From an uncultured Eubacteriales bacterium (lineage in GTDB: Bacteria; Acidobacteriota; Aminicenantia; Aminicenantales; Aminicenantaceae), in the NCBI GenBank assembly GCA_964611275.1, contig CAZSZS010000172.1, positions 2,399 to 66,398 of the forward strand: a DNA stretch of 64,000 bases, in the 5' to 3' direction. Positions 56,302 through 64,000 of this stretch are shown in pieces; position 1 is the stretch's first letter, and every line of letters begins with the position of its first letter. The translations under genes and the position numbers were made by a program. The notes under the pieces are model-generated. The model was not told the DNA's origin and made no database searches. It saw nothing but the letters and a program-made list of their open reading frames with translations.

Positions 56302-59300
56302 ATGAGAAAAAACAAATCATCGTGTTTAATCTTATGGGCCGTATCTTTGACCCTGGTATTTCTTTTCCAGGGTATGCTCATGGGAGAAAAAGTTCTCTCT
56401 ACAGAACAGTTAGATACATTCAAATGGAGAAATATAGGACCATTCACTTTTTCGGGCAGGATCACGGATTTCGCTGTTCCCAGAGGCCAGAGTAAAGTCT
56501 ATTATGTGGCGACAGCATCGGGAGGTATATGGAAGACAGAGGACGGTGGGATAAGCTTCGAACCCATATTTGATGATTATGGCAACATGAGCATAGGGAA
56601 TATTGCCCTGTCTCCGTCCGACCCGCAGAGAGTCTATGTGGCCACAGGGGAGGCTCTGCATGCCAGGTCAAGTGCGCACGGGAATGGAATGTGGAGGTCT
56701 GACGATGCAGGGAAAACATGGACCCACATAGGGCTGGAGGAGACTTATTTCATACCTAAGATAGCCGTGGCCCACGACAATCCGGATATTGTTTATGTGG
56801 CATCCGAGGGAAAGCTCTATGATAATAAGATGGATTGTCAAAGGGGATTGTACAAGACAGAGGACGGAGGCGAGACCTGGAAACAAGTGCTGGATCTTAA
56901 GGACAGAGGGGTAGGCGATTTTGTCATTGACCCCACTGATTCGAATGTGATCATTGCCGCGGCTTACAAAACCCATAGAAGGACATGGACTTTTATTGAC
57001 AGGCAGCCTGAGAACCATTTTTACAAGTCAGTTGACGGGGGCAGTACCTGGAAAAAATTGACCAATGGACTGCCCATGGATATTGAGACCGGCTGGAACG
57101 GCCTGACCATATATCCAAAGAATCCTGATATCGTCTATTTACGGATGGACGAAGACGTCGACCTTGGTCTGGACCAGAGAGAAAACAGGCAGCTCTATAG
57201 AGCAGGCAGTGTTTTTAAAGACGGGTATTATTTCAATAAATTCAAAGCTTATAAAATAGAGGCAGCTCTCCTAAAAATGCTTGATTTCGAACCGATTTCC
57301 GTAGAAAACGAGGAGGAGCTGGCGGAAAAACTGAATGAGCTGATAAAAGATAAGGACTTCCTCAAAAATTCAGGCGTTGACCTGGATGCCTTCATTGAAA
57401 AAGCCAAAAATGTCTACAAGAAACAGGACGATATCCTTGAAGAAATCGCTGAGGTCGAAGAGATACTCAAAGAAGCAGAGCCAGAAGAAGAAAAAGGGGA
57501 TGCCGAGGAGAAAGAACCCAAGGGGAGATACCAGGTGCTTAACCGTTTCGTCGTTCAGACTCTCTATGCCCCGGCTTTTCAGGCTATGGAACCGGTTACG
57601 AAATCAGGAGTCATATACCGTTCTGAAGACCAGGGTGAAACCTGGAAAAGAATGACCGAATACAAGATAACCGGCGGAAGCATTCAGGTCAATGACATAG
57701 AGGCTGGTTATTCGGGAAGGATGGAGGTCGATCCGAATAATGACCAGATCCTTTATGCGGTGGAAGTCTACCCCAAGGTATCTGAAGACGGAGGCAAGAC
57801 CTTTAAAAACACAACCTGGTCCGGAGCCAATAAGTGCCATGTGGATATGAGAGGGATATGGATCGATCCCCTTGATTCCGATCATATATTATCTGCAAAT
57901 GACGGAGGGGTGAGCGAGACCTGGGACAGAGGAAAACACTGGTCCCAGAAAGATACCATCAGCGCCCAGCAGTTCTATGATATTTCAGTCGATAATGACA
58001 TGCCTTACAATGTGATGGGCGGAACCCAGGATAACGGCTGCTGGCTCGGCCCTTCACAGAACAGAAACCAGTACGGAGTCTTTCCCTCGGATTGGACCTA
58101 TCTTCCTTCGGGAGATGGTTTCTATGTTGTCAGAAACTGGTGGAATCCGGAATTTGTATATTTTGAGTCCCAGTTCGGTGGTTCCAGAAGAATGAATCTG
58201 AAGACGGGAGAAATGACAGGACTCTCCAAGCGCAACACTCAGGAGGAGAGAGAAGCTGGTAAAGAGGCGGAAAGGTATCAATGGGATTCCCCTATCGTCC
58301 TGTCTCCGCACAATCCGGGAATCGTCTATGTGTGTTCTCAGCATGTCCATATGTCAACCAAGCGGGGAGATCCGGATTCTTTTGTGACCATCAGCCCTGA
58401 CCTTTCCAAACACAACAAAGAACGGATCGAACTTTCAAAACTGACAAATCTTCAGTATGCGACCATATACACATTTGCTGAATCAGCGGTCAAACCAGGG
58501 GTTTACTGGGCCGGAACTGACGATGGAAACCTGCAGGTAAGCATGGACGGCGGAAGCACCTGGGTGAACATAACCGGTAAATTTTACACTGAGAAGGGAG
58601 AACCAAAAGCAAATGTCCAGGGAGCAAGGATTCCTTATGACAGATGGGTCACCAGAGTCACGCCTTCAGCACACAAACTGGAAAGGTGTTATGTCACCTA
58701 CTCCGGATACAGAACCCACAATGAAGATGATTCCTATATCTTTGTGACAGAAGACATGGGAAAGACATGGAAGGACCTGTCAGCAGGGATGAAAAATCCG
58801 GTAAGAGATATTGTGGAAGACCCGGATAATCCTGATGTTCTGTATCTTGCCACGGATTACGGACTCTTTATCAGCATCGACAGAGGAGAGACGTGGGAGA
58901 ACATGTCTTCCTCAGCACCTGATGTGATCATTAAGAGCCTTGCCTTTCAGGAGAGGGAAAGGGATTTGGCCATAGGCACGTACGGAAGAGGTATCTACAT
59001 TGCGGATGTGTATCCGTTCAAGGAATTCACTAATGATACGTTTCTTAAGGACCATTATCTCTTTGAGATCCAGCGGGCTGTGAAATGGAACATATATGAG
59101 AGAAGGGGACCCACATACGGAGAGTTTGCGCGGGTCACCAATCCTGATGTCGGAGCCACATTCTATTACTACCTCAAGGAGAAGGCAAAGTCCGTGAAAA
59201 TATCCATTAAAAACATGAAGGGTGAAGAGATTTACAAGACAACAGGAGGTTCGGATAAAGGCTTGCATACGATATCCTGGGATTTGAGAAAGAAACCGGA

Positions 59301-59436
59301 AGAAGGAAGTAGCCCCAGATGGATGAGAAGAGGACAAATCCTTGACGCAGGCATGTATGAAGTGAGTTTAATTATAGGTGATGAGGAGGTCATGAGTCAG
59401 ACTTTAAAAGTCATAGACGACCCCATGTTTCATTGA
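56302..59436 (+). CDS. large secreted BNR/Asp-box repeat (sortilin/VPS10- or GH74-like) beta-propeller protein
   Basis: 1044 aa with a signal peptide and many Asp-boxes (TEDGGISF, SDDAGKTW, TEDGGETW, SVDGGSTW, SEDQGETW, SEDGGKTF, SMDGGSTW, TEDMGKTW, SIDRGETW). Confidence 0.75.
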   Translation: MRKNKSSCLILWAVSLTLVFLFQGMLMGEKVLSTEQLDTFKWRNIGPFTFSGRITDFAVPRGQSKVYYVATASGGIWKTEDGGISFEPIFDDYGNMSIGNIALSPSDPQRVYVATGEALHARSSAHGNGMWRSDDAGKTWTHIGLEETYFIPKIAVAHDNPDIVYVASEGKLYDNKMDCQRGLYKTEDGGETWKQVLDLKDRGVGDFVIDPTDSNVIIAAAYKTHRRTWTFIDRQPENHFYKSVDGGSTWKKLTNGLPMDIETGWNGLTIYPKNPDIVYLRMDEDVDLGLDQRENRQLYRAGSVFKDGYYFNKFKAYKIEAALLKMLDFEPISVENEEELAEKLNELIKDKDFLKNSGVDLDAFIEKAKNVYKKQDDILEEIAEVEEILKEAEPEEEKGDAEEKEPKGRYQVLNRFVVQTLYAPAFQAMEPVTKSGVIYRSEDQGETWKRMTEYKITGGSIQVNDIEAGYSGRMEVDPNNDQILYAVEVYPKVSEDGGKTFKNTTWSGANKCHVDMRGIWIDPLDSDHILSANDGGVSETWDRGKHWSQKDTISAQQFYDISVDNDMPYNVMGGTQDNGCWLGPSQNRNQYGVFPSDWTYLPSGDGFYVVRNWWNPEFVYFESQFGGSRRMNLKTGEMTGLSKRNTQEEREAGKEAERYQWDSPIVLSPHNPGIVYVCSQHVHMSTKRGDPDSFVTISPDLSKHNKERIELSKLTNLQYATIYTFAESAVKPGVYWAGTDDGNLQVSMDGGSTWVNITGKFYTEKGEPKANVQGARIPYDRWVTRVTPSAHKLERCYVTYSGYRTHNEDDSYIFVTEDMGKTWKDLSAGMKNPVRDIVEDPDNPDVLYLATDYGLFISIDRGETWENMSSSAPDVIIKSLAFQERERDLAIGTYGRGIYIADVYPFKEFTNDTFLKDHYLFEIQRAVKWNIYERRGPTYGEFARVTNPDVGATFYYYLKEKAKSVKISIKNMKGEEIYKTTGGSDKGLHTISWDLRKKPEEGSSPRWMRRGQILDAGMYEVSLIIGDEEVMSQTLKVIDDPMFH

Positions 59437-59463
59437 GTTAAGATTACACATACGTTTTTAGAT

Positions 59464-59512
59464 AGAGATAAGCAGAGAGAGCATAAGGGAGAACTCTCTG
59501 TTTATCTCTTTT
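59464..59512 (+). terminator. candidate intrinsic terminator after the BNR-repeat gene
   Basis: AGAGATAAGCAGAGAG, a 14-nt loop, then CTCTCTGTTTATCTCT form a 16-bp stem with one G-U pair. A short TTT tract follows. Confidence 0.55.
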
Positions 59513-59553
59513 GAGGTTATTCATGGAAGCCTGAGGAGGGAATGTGAATTTCC

Positions 59554-60546
59554 ATGCCATTTGAAGATATTATAGGCAATGTAAGAGTAAAGAACATTTT
59601 GAAAAGGTCTCTGTTGAGGGGAAGAGTCCCCGGTTCCCTCTTATTCTACGGTCCAAAGGGAGTGGGGAAGAGTGAGACGGCTCTCATTTTCGCAAAAGCC
59701 CTGAACTGCCTCAAAAGGGATGATGACTCCTGTGAGGATTGTTCTTCTTGCAGAGCTATCAATAAAAATGTTTTCCCGGATGTGATAGGGATCAATGCGG
59801 AAAAAGATATCATAAAGATCGACCAGATAAGATTGATCAAAAGAGCGGCGTATTTGAGACCCATGACAGGAAAAAAAAGAGTGTTTATCATTGAGGAAGC
59901 GGAAAAAATGAATGATGAGGCTTCAAATTCCTTGCTTAAAGTCCTTGAAGAACCCCCGTTATTTTCTCATATTGTCCTCACGACTGATAATTTTTTCTCC
60001 ATTCTTCCTACCATAAGGTCAAGATGCCAGACACTGAAGTTTGCACCGGTTTCCAGAAATGATATCCAAAAGGCATTGATAGAGAAAGGGATAGAGGGAG
60101 GAAAAGCAAAAACCATCTCTCTGTTAGTGAAAGGCAGCTTGAAACAAGCGCTGGATTTTGATTGGGATGAGACAGAAGACAAGAGGAAAAAAGCTTTCAA
60201 AATGTTCTCCTCATTTGTAAAAGGAGGGGAAAAAGCAAATATTTTTAAGAAGTATTCCAGGATGCAGAAAAAGAATTTCGAAGAAAGCATAAATCCTGTA
60301 TTAGAGATAATGGCCTCCTTTTGCAGGGATGTGATAGTGATGAAATTGGGTGGCGCTGACCGATTTTTGATAAACCTAGATTACAAACATAAATTAAGTG
60401 AGCTCGAAGAAATTATGGATCTAAAGCAGAGCGTTGATTTCTTAGGAGTCATAGAAGAGTCTCTGCATTTGTTTCAGCAAAATGCCAACAGAAGGGCAAT
60501 CATTAATTCGATGACAATAAATTTAATGGATAAAGAAAATGTCTGA
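59554..60546 (+). CDS. holB: DNA polymerase III subunit delta'
   Basis: 330 aa with LLFYGPKGVGKSE, a Cys cluster (NCLKRDDDSCEDCSSC) and SRCQ. Confidence 0.88.
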   Translation: MPFEDIIGNVRVKNILKRSLLRGRVPGSLLFYGPKGVGKSETALIFAKALNCLKRDDDSCEDCSSCRAINKNVFPDVIGINAEKDIIKIDQIRLIKRAAYLRPMTGKKRVFIIEEAEKMNDEASNSLLKVLEEPPLFSHIVLTTDNFFSILPTIRSRCQTLKFAPVSRNDIQKALIEKGIEGGKAKTISLLVKGSLKQALDFDWDETEDKRKKAFKMFSSFVKGGEKANIFKKYSRMQKKNFEESINPVLEIMASFCRDVIVMKLGGADRFLINLDYKHKLSELEEIMDLKQSVDFLGVIEESLHLFQQNANRRAIINSMTINLMDKENV

Positions 60547-61219
60547 TATTATTTACGTGTTTTCAGATCGTCTGAAAAAAATTCTCCGCGCTGATAAAAA
60601 CAATATGGAGTTAAAAACAGGGGATATCTGTTTGATAGAGTCCTCCCTTGGGGGGGAGCTTGCCATGGTCGTGGATACCCCCGGAAGAGTCAGAGAAAAA
60701 TCAGGCGCAAAGCAAGGGGCGTCCAAAGTCATTCGTAAAGCTACGGAAAAGGACAAAGACAAGTTTGCCTGGATGCGAAAAAAGGAGAAAGAAGCCTTTG
60801 ATTTCTGTCTGGAGCGAATCGAAGAACGAAAGCTTCCAATGAAACTTGTGCGCGTGCGGTATTTTTTTAATGAGAAGAAAGGCATTTTTTATTACACAGC
60901 GGATGGCCGGATCGACTTCAGAGCCCTTGTGAAGGATTTGGCGAAACGCTTTCGGATGAGAATAGAGATGCGTCAGATCGGGGTCAGAGATGAAGCTAAA
61001 ATGATCGGAGGCATCGGAGTTTGCGGGCGCAGGCTGTGCTGTGTCAGTTTTATGAAAAGTTTTGAGCCTGTGACCATACAAAAAGCAAAGAAACAGAATA
61101 TAACCATTAATCCCACAAAGATATCAGGGCTATGCGGCCGGCTTATGTGCTGTCTTGCTTTTGAACAGGAAAGTAAGGGGCGTCTCTACAGCGAAGAAGA
61201 TGAGATAGAGGAAGACTGA
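60539..61219 (+). CDS. ricT: PSP1-domain protein (RicT/YaaT family)
   Basis: 226 aa with RIEMRQIGVRDEAKMIGGIGVCGRRLCC and GLCGRLMCCLAFE. The holB-ricT synteny matches Bacillus. Confidence 0.85.
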   Translation: MSDIIYVFSDRLKKILRADKNNMELKTGDICLIESSLGGELAMVVDTPGRVREKSGAKQGASKVIRKATEKDKDKFAWMRKKEKEAFDFCLERIEERKLPMKLVRVRYFFNEKKGIFYYTADGRIDFRALVKDLAKRFRMRIEMRQIGVRDEAKMIGGIGVCGRRLCCVSFMKSFEPVTIQKAKKQNITINPTKISGLCGRLMCCLAFEQESKGRLYSEEDEIEED

Positions 61220-61223
61220 GGTT

Positions 61224-61856
61224 TTAATTATTATTCTGCCATGTGAACTGGACTTTACTTGAGGCTGAAATCAGTCTTCCCTGGGAAGAGAAGGCTTTGA
61301 CCTGCCAGGAATAACTTTTCCCGGGAGTCATCCTTGCTTTGATTTTTTCGGGAAGGGAAATATAGTTGTTTTTGGTTCTTTTTTCCCAGAGAAGTTCATC
61401 ATTATATATAAAGACTTTGTATTCGATATCTTCACCTAAGGCTTCCCATTTGAATTCTGAGGGGATCGCCTCGGATATAAGGGTGATGGAGCCACCTCTG
61501 ACCGCATCATCGCTTACAATAAATTCAGGGGTGTTATGGGTCACGTTCGGAATGATACCGAACACTATGATCAAAACCAGTGCTGCTGTTGCAGCCGCTG
61601 ATATAAGAGGCTTTGGAGAAAGAAACCCAAATATTTTCTCTCTCGCCCCGCTTTTTGACTCTTCTTCAATACGGATATCTTTGAATATTGAGTCCGCCTT
61701 ATCCTTTACCACCAGAATAAGTTCGTTCCTTTCTTTTGTCTGTTCAAAACAATGGGGACAGTTGAAGAGATGTTCTTCAAATTCTTCCCTTTTCTCCTTG
61801 CTCAGTCTTCCGAACAAGTAATCATCGATTAAGTTCTCATATCGGCATTTTCTCAT
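61224..61856 (-). CDS. anti-sigma factor (zf-HC2) with one TM and a small extracytoplasmic domain
   Basis: 210 aa with HLFNCPHCFEQ and a TM helix (AAATAALVLIIVFGII). Located downstream of the ECF sigma gene. Confidence 0.7.
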   Translation of the reverse strand: MRKCRYENLIDDYLFGRLSKEKREEFEEHLFNCPHCFEQTKERNELILVVKDKADSIFKDIRIEEESKSGAREKIFGFLSPKPLISAAATAALVLIIVFGIIPNVTHNTPEFIVSDDAVRGGSITLISEAIPSEFKWEALGEDIEYKVFIYNDELLWEKRTKNNYISLPEKIKARMTPGKSYSWQVKAFSSQGRLISASSKVQFTWQNNN

Positions 61857-61919
61857 TGGTTTTGCCCCTAAATTAATTTCACTAATTTAGTCGAAATAAA
61901 TGCATAATTACGGAAAAAT

Positions 61920-62423
61920 TTATTTTTTCATTAATTTTTTTAGTAATTTTTGTGCGTAATGCACTCTTTCGCTTACGTTTCTCGGGGAAATACCCAGTCT
62001 TTTTGCCACTTCTTTTCTTGAAAGGTCTTTATAATAATACAGGTATAGAATTGTCTTGTATTTTGGCTTCAGTTCCTCTAATTTTTTGGCCAGAAGCTCA
62101 GCTCTTTCCTTATCTTCTATTTGCTCGTGGGGATCAGGGAATGGATCGGAATCCGGAAGGTATTTCGTTGCTATTTTCTTTTTTCTTCTTATATAGTCGA
62201 CGATTCTTCTTCTTGTTATGGTGTAAATAAAGGTTCCTACGGAAGATTCACCTTTGAACTGCCCGGATTTTATCTTTTCTATGGCATTGAGCATTATTTC
62301 ATTGACAATATCTTCCCATTCAGGCGTATGGGCCCCTATTGATTTTTTTACTTTAAATGTAACAAGAGGTCTGTATTTAGCCGTAATTTTCTCTAAATCG
62401 TAGGAATTATCTTTTTTTTTCAC
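61920..62423 (-). CDS. ECF-type RNA polymerase sigma-70 family factor
   Basis: 167 aa with a GTG start. Has sigma region 2 (YRPLVTFKVKKSIG...WEDIVNEIMLNA) and a region 4 HTH (LSRKEVAKRLGISPRNVSERVHYA). Confidence 0.85.
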   Translation of the reverse strand: MKKKDNSYDLEKITAKYRPLVTFKVKKSIGAHTPEWEDIVNEIMLNAIEKIKSGQFKGESSVGTFIYTITRRRIVDYIRRKKKIATKYLPDSDPFPDPHEQIEDKERAELLAKKLEELKPKYKTILYLYYYKDLSRKEVAKRLGISPRNVSERVHYAQKLLKKLMKK

Positions 62424-62431
62424 TTTCAGTC

Positions 62432-62460
62432 ATTATAAAACGTGTTTTGTACATTGGCAA
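62432..62460 (-). promoter_or_regulatory. candidate sigma-70 promoter (TTGCCA, 17-nt spacer, TATAAT) only 8 nt upstream of the ECF sigma GTG
   Basis: The reverse complement reads TTGCCA atgtacaaaacacgttt TATAAT gactgaaa GTG. This is a pattern match only. Confidence 0.3.
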
Positions 62461-62491
62461 GCATCCTGTTATCACTAAAAGGATCCCTGGT

Positions 62492-64000
62492 CTATTCTTC
62501 CTTCGTCATCTTGTCTTTATAGGATTCAATGCTCACCAGTATTTCTCTGGGTTTGCTTCCTTTGGACGGGCCCACGATCCCCTCAAGCTCCATCTGGTCG
62601 ATGATGCGAGCAGCCCTGGCATACCCCAGCCTCAGTTTTCTTTGGAGATAGGAGGCAGAAGCCTGGCCCGTACTTAAAATGAGTTCGACGGCTGTCTCGA
62701 AAAGTTCATCTTTTTCTTCATCTTCATCTCCTGTTTGCCCGGATGGTCTTTTGAGTGTCTTTATGATTTCTTCATCGTAGTCGGGTTTTCTCTGCCCTTT
62801 TATGTATTTCAACAGCCGGCTCACCTCTTGAAGGGATATAAAGGAACTGTGAAGCCTTATTATTTTGGGATAGTTGGGGGGCATAAACAGCATATCTCCC
62901 CTGCCCAGAAGCTTTTCAGCCCCTCCGGTATCCATGATGATCTGGGAGTCGATTTTTGACGGGACCCTGAAGGAAATGCGGCACGAAAAGTTATTTTTTA
63001 TGGTCCCTGTAATGACGTCTGTTGAAGGGCGTTGGGTGGCCACAACCAGATGGATACCCACGGCCCTGGCCAGTTGAGCCAGCCTTCCTATGCAGTACTC
63101 CACGTCCTTATCGCCGATCATCATCAATTCGGCTAATTCATCGATAATGATCACGATATAGGGCAGAGGTTTCAGCTTTTCTCCCTCTTCTTCCTCAATC
63201 TCAAGCTTCAAGCTTGGATTGCTTGAAAGTTCCTTGATACGCCTGTTGTACTGGTCAATATTGCGCACCTTGAGACGGCCCAGTGATTGATACCTCTCAT
63301 CCATTTTATTTATGGCATCATAAAGGATGTTGCTGGCTTTATTGGGATTTTTGACCACCGGGCAAAGAAGATGGGGGATACCGTCGTAGAGAGAAAATTC
63401 CAGTCTTTTAGGGTCGATCAATATGACTCTGACTTCTTCAGGGCTTGCTTTGTACAGGATGCTTGCAATGATGGAGTTCAAAGCCACGCTTTTTCCCGTT
63501 CCCGTGGCCCCGGCTATCAGGAGATGAGGCATTATGGAAAGGTCGGTGATATAGGGTTCTCCGTGGATGTCCTTACCGAGACCAACGGTCAGCTTAGAGG
63601 GAGATTCCATAAATTTTTTTGTTTGGATGATGTCCCTGAGCTTGATGATCTCTCTTTTATTGTTAGGTATTTCAATTCCCAGGGAGGATTTTCCAGGTAT
63701 GCGCTGTATTCTCAGGGATTCTGCGCCCAGGGCAAGGGAAAGGTCTTCTGTCCGGCTGGAGACCTGACTGACTTTGACTCCCGGGCTTGGGTAAAATTCA
63801 TAGGTGGTGACGATCGGGCCGGGATGGTATTCTTTCACCTCTCCGATGACTCTGAACTGAGAGAGCTTCTCTTCAATGATTTGTTTTTTTTCATACAGTT
63901 CGTTTTTGTCTATTTTATCCGCTTCCTTTCCCGGATCCAGGAGGCTTAACGGGGGGAGTTGATAGTCTCCCTTGTTTTTCAATTCCGGGAACAGGAATTC
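62492..64000 (-). CDS. ftsK: DNA translocase FtsK/SpoIIIE, partial; N-terminal membrane part lies beyond the right edge
   Basis: Carries LIAGATGTGKS, VIIIDELAELM and a C-terminal winged-helix gamma domain (ASASYLQRKLRLGYARAARIID). The frame stays open (EFLFPE...) from the tracked TTG at 63982 up to position 64000. Confidence 0.92.
   Translation of the reverse strand, partial: EFLFPELKNKGDYQLPPLSLLDPGKEADKIDKNELYEKKQIIEEKLSQFRVIGEVKEYHPGPIVTTYEFYPSPGVKVSQVSSRTEDLSLALGAESLRIQRIPGKSSLGIEIPNNKREIIKLRDIIQTKKFMESPSKLTVGLGKDIHGEPYITDLSIMPHLLIAGATGTGKSVALNSIIASILYKASPEEVRVILIDPKRLEFSLYDGIPHLLCPVVKNPNKASNILYDAINKMDERYQSLGRLKVRNIDQYNRRIKELSSNPSLKLEIEEEEGEKLKPLPYIVIIIDELAELMMIGDKDVEYCIGRLAQLARAVGIHLVVATQRPSTDVITGTIKNNFSCRISFRVPSKIDSQIIMDTGGAEKLLGRGDMLFMPPNYPKIIRLHSSFISLQEVSRLLKYIKGQRKPDYDEEIIKTLKRPSGQTGDEDEEKDELFETAVELILSTGQASASYLQRKLRLGYARAARIIDQMELEGIVGPSKGSKPREILVSIESYKDKMTKEE

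Noticed and set aside
1394-63949. Many long antisense or overlapping ORFs in the track. Examples are 1394..1852, 2537..2932, 4558..5019, 6941..7522, 8759..9199, 10843..11421, 15939..16484, 36726..37355, 46302..46799, 51516..51998 and 63287..63949.
   Set aside because: Each lies entirely within, and antisense or out of frame to, a gene with strong family motifs. None shows motifs, RBS context or sensible composition.
1-64000. CRISPR arrays, tRNA/rRNA genes, prophage or transposase genes.
   Set aside because: I saw no regularly spaced direct repeats, no tRNA T-arm/acceptor patterns in the intergenic spacers I read, and no integrase, transposase or phage structural ORFs. A tRNAscan or Infernal run would be needed to exclude small RNAs formally.

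Overview
Gene-dense, mostly housekeeping chromosomal segment (about 58 protein-coding genes, roughly 90% coding, both strands) from a diderm bacterium of moderate G+C. I cannot assign a taxon from sequence alone. The gene order (leuS-lptE-holA; lptB-rpoN-hpf-ptsN-hprK-rapZ-EIIA(Man)-ptsH-ptsI; tolQRA-tolB-pal-cpoB) recalls Deltaproteobacteria- or Acidobacteria-like and related uncultivated lineages. Main blocks are: partial plsC, gmhA, a PEPCK-like pair, flotillin, UDP-xylose synthase, rph, lipid A genes (lpxL-like, lpxK), comEC, an M20 amidohydrolase, acyl-CoA mutase large subunit plus enolase, ytxG/ytxH-like stress genes, leuS-lptE-holA, rpsT, murJ-dtd, ftsY-ribD-ribE-ribBA, recJ, the Lpt/RpoN/regulatory-PTS cluster, ssb plus the complete Tol-Pal operon, a Ktr/Trk K+ uptake pair, an MrfA/YprA-type helicase, an AT-rich sulfatase-like islet, uvrA, a 1044-aa BNR/Asp-box protein, holB-ricT, an ECF sigma/anti-sigma pair and partial ftsK. 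I recognised no rRNA, tRNA, CRISPR array, prophage or transposase. The items most worth a second look are listed here. (1) A previously unannotated MITE-like or structured-repeat family with nested inverted repeats. It has two copies, in the long leaders of leuS and trkH, and the second carries nested REP-like palindromic units. (2) An aspartate aminotransferase fused to a PEPCK/HprK-like P-loop domain, sitting next to a divergent extended ATP-PEPCK. (3) A UvrA that keeps both Zn-module cysteine pairs but lacks the roughly 100-aa insertion domain. (4) A single 624-aa membrane-anchored LptC/LptA-like protein in place of separate lptC and lptA. (5) A ytxG (DUF948)-like gene split by one in-frame TAA. 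(6) An AT-rich single-gene islet bounded by 16-nt direct repeats. All functional calls rest on motif recognition by eye. No database search was run.
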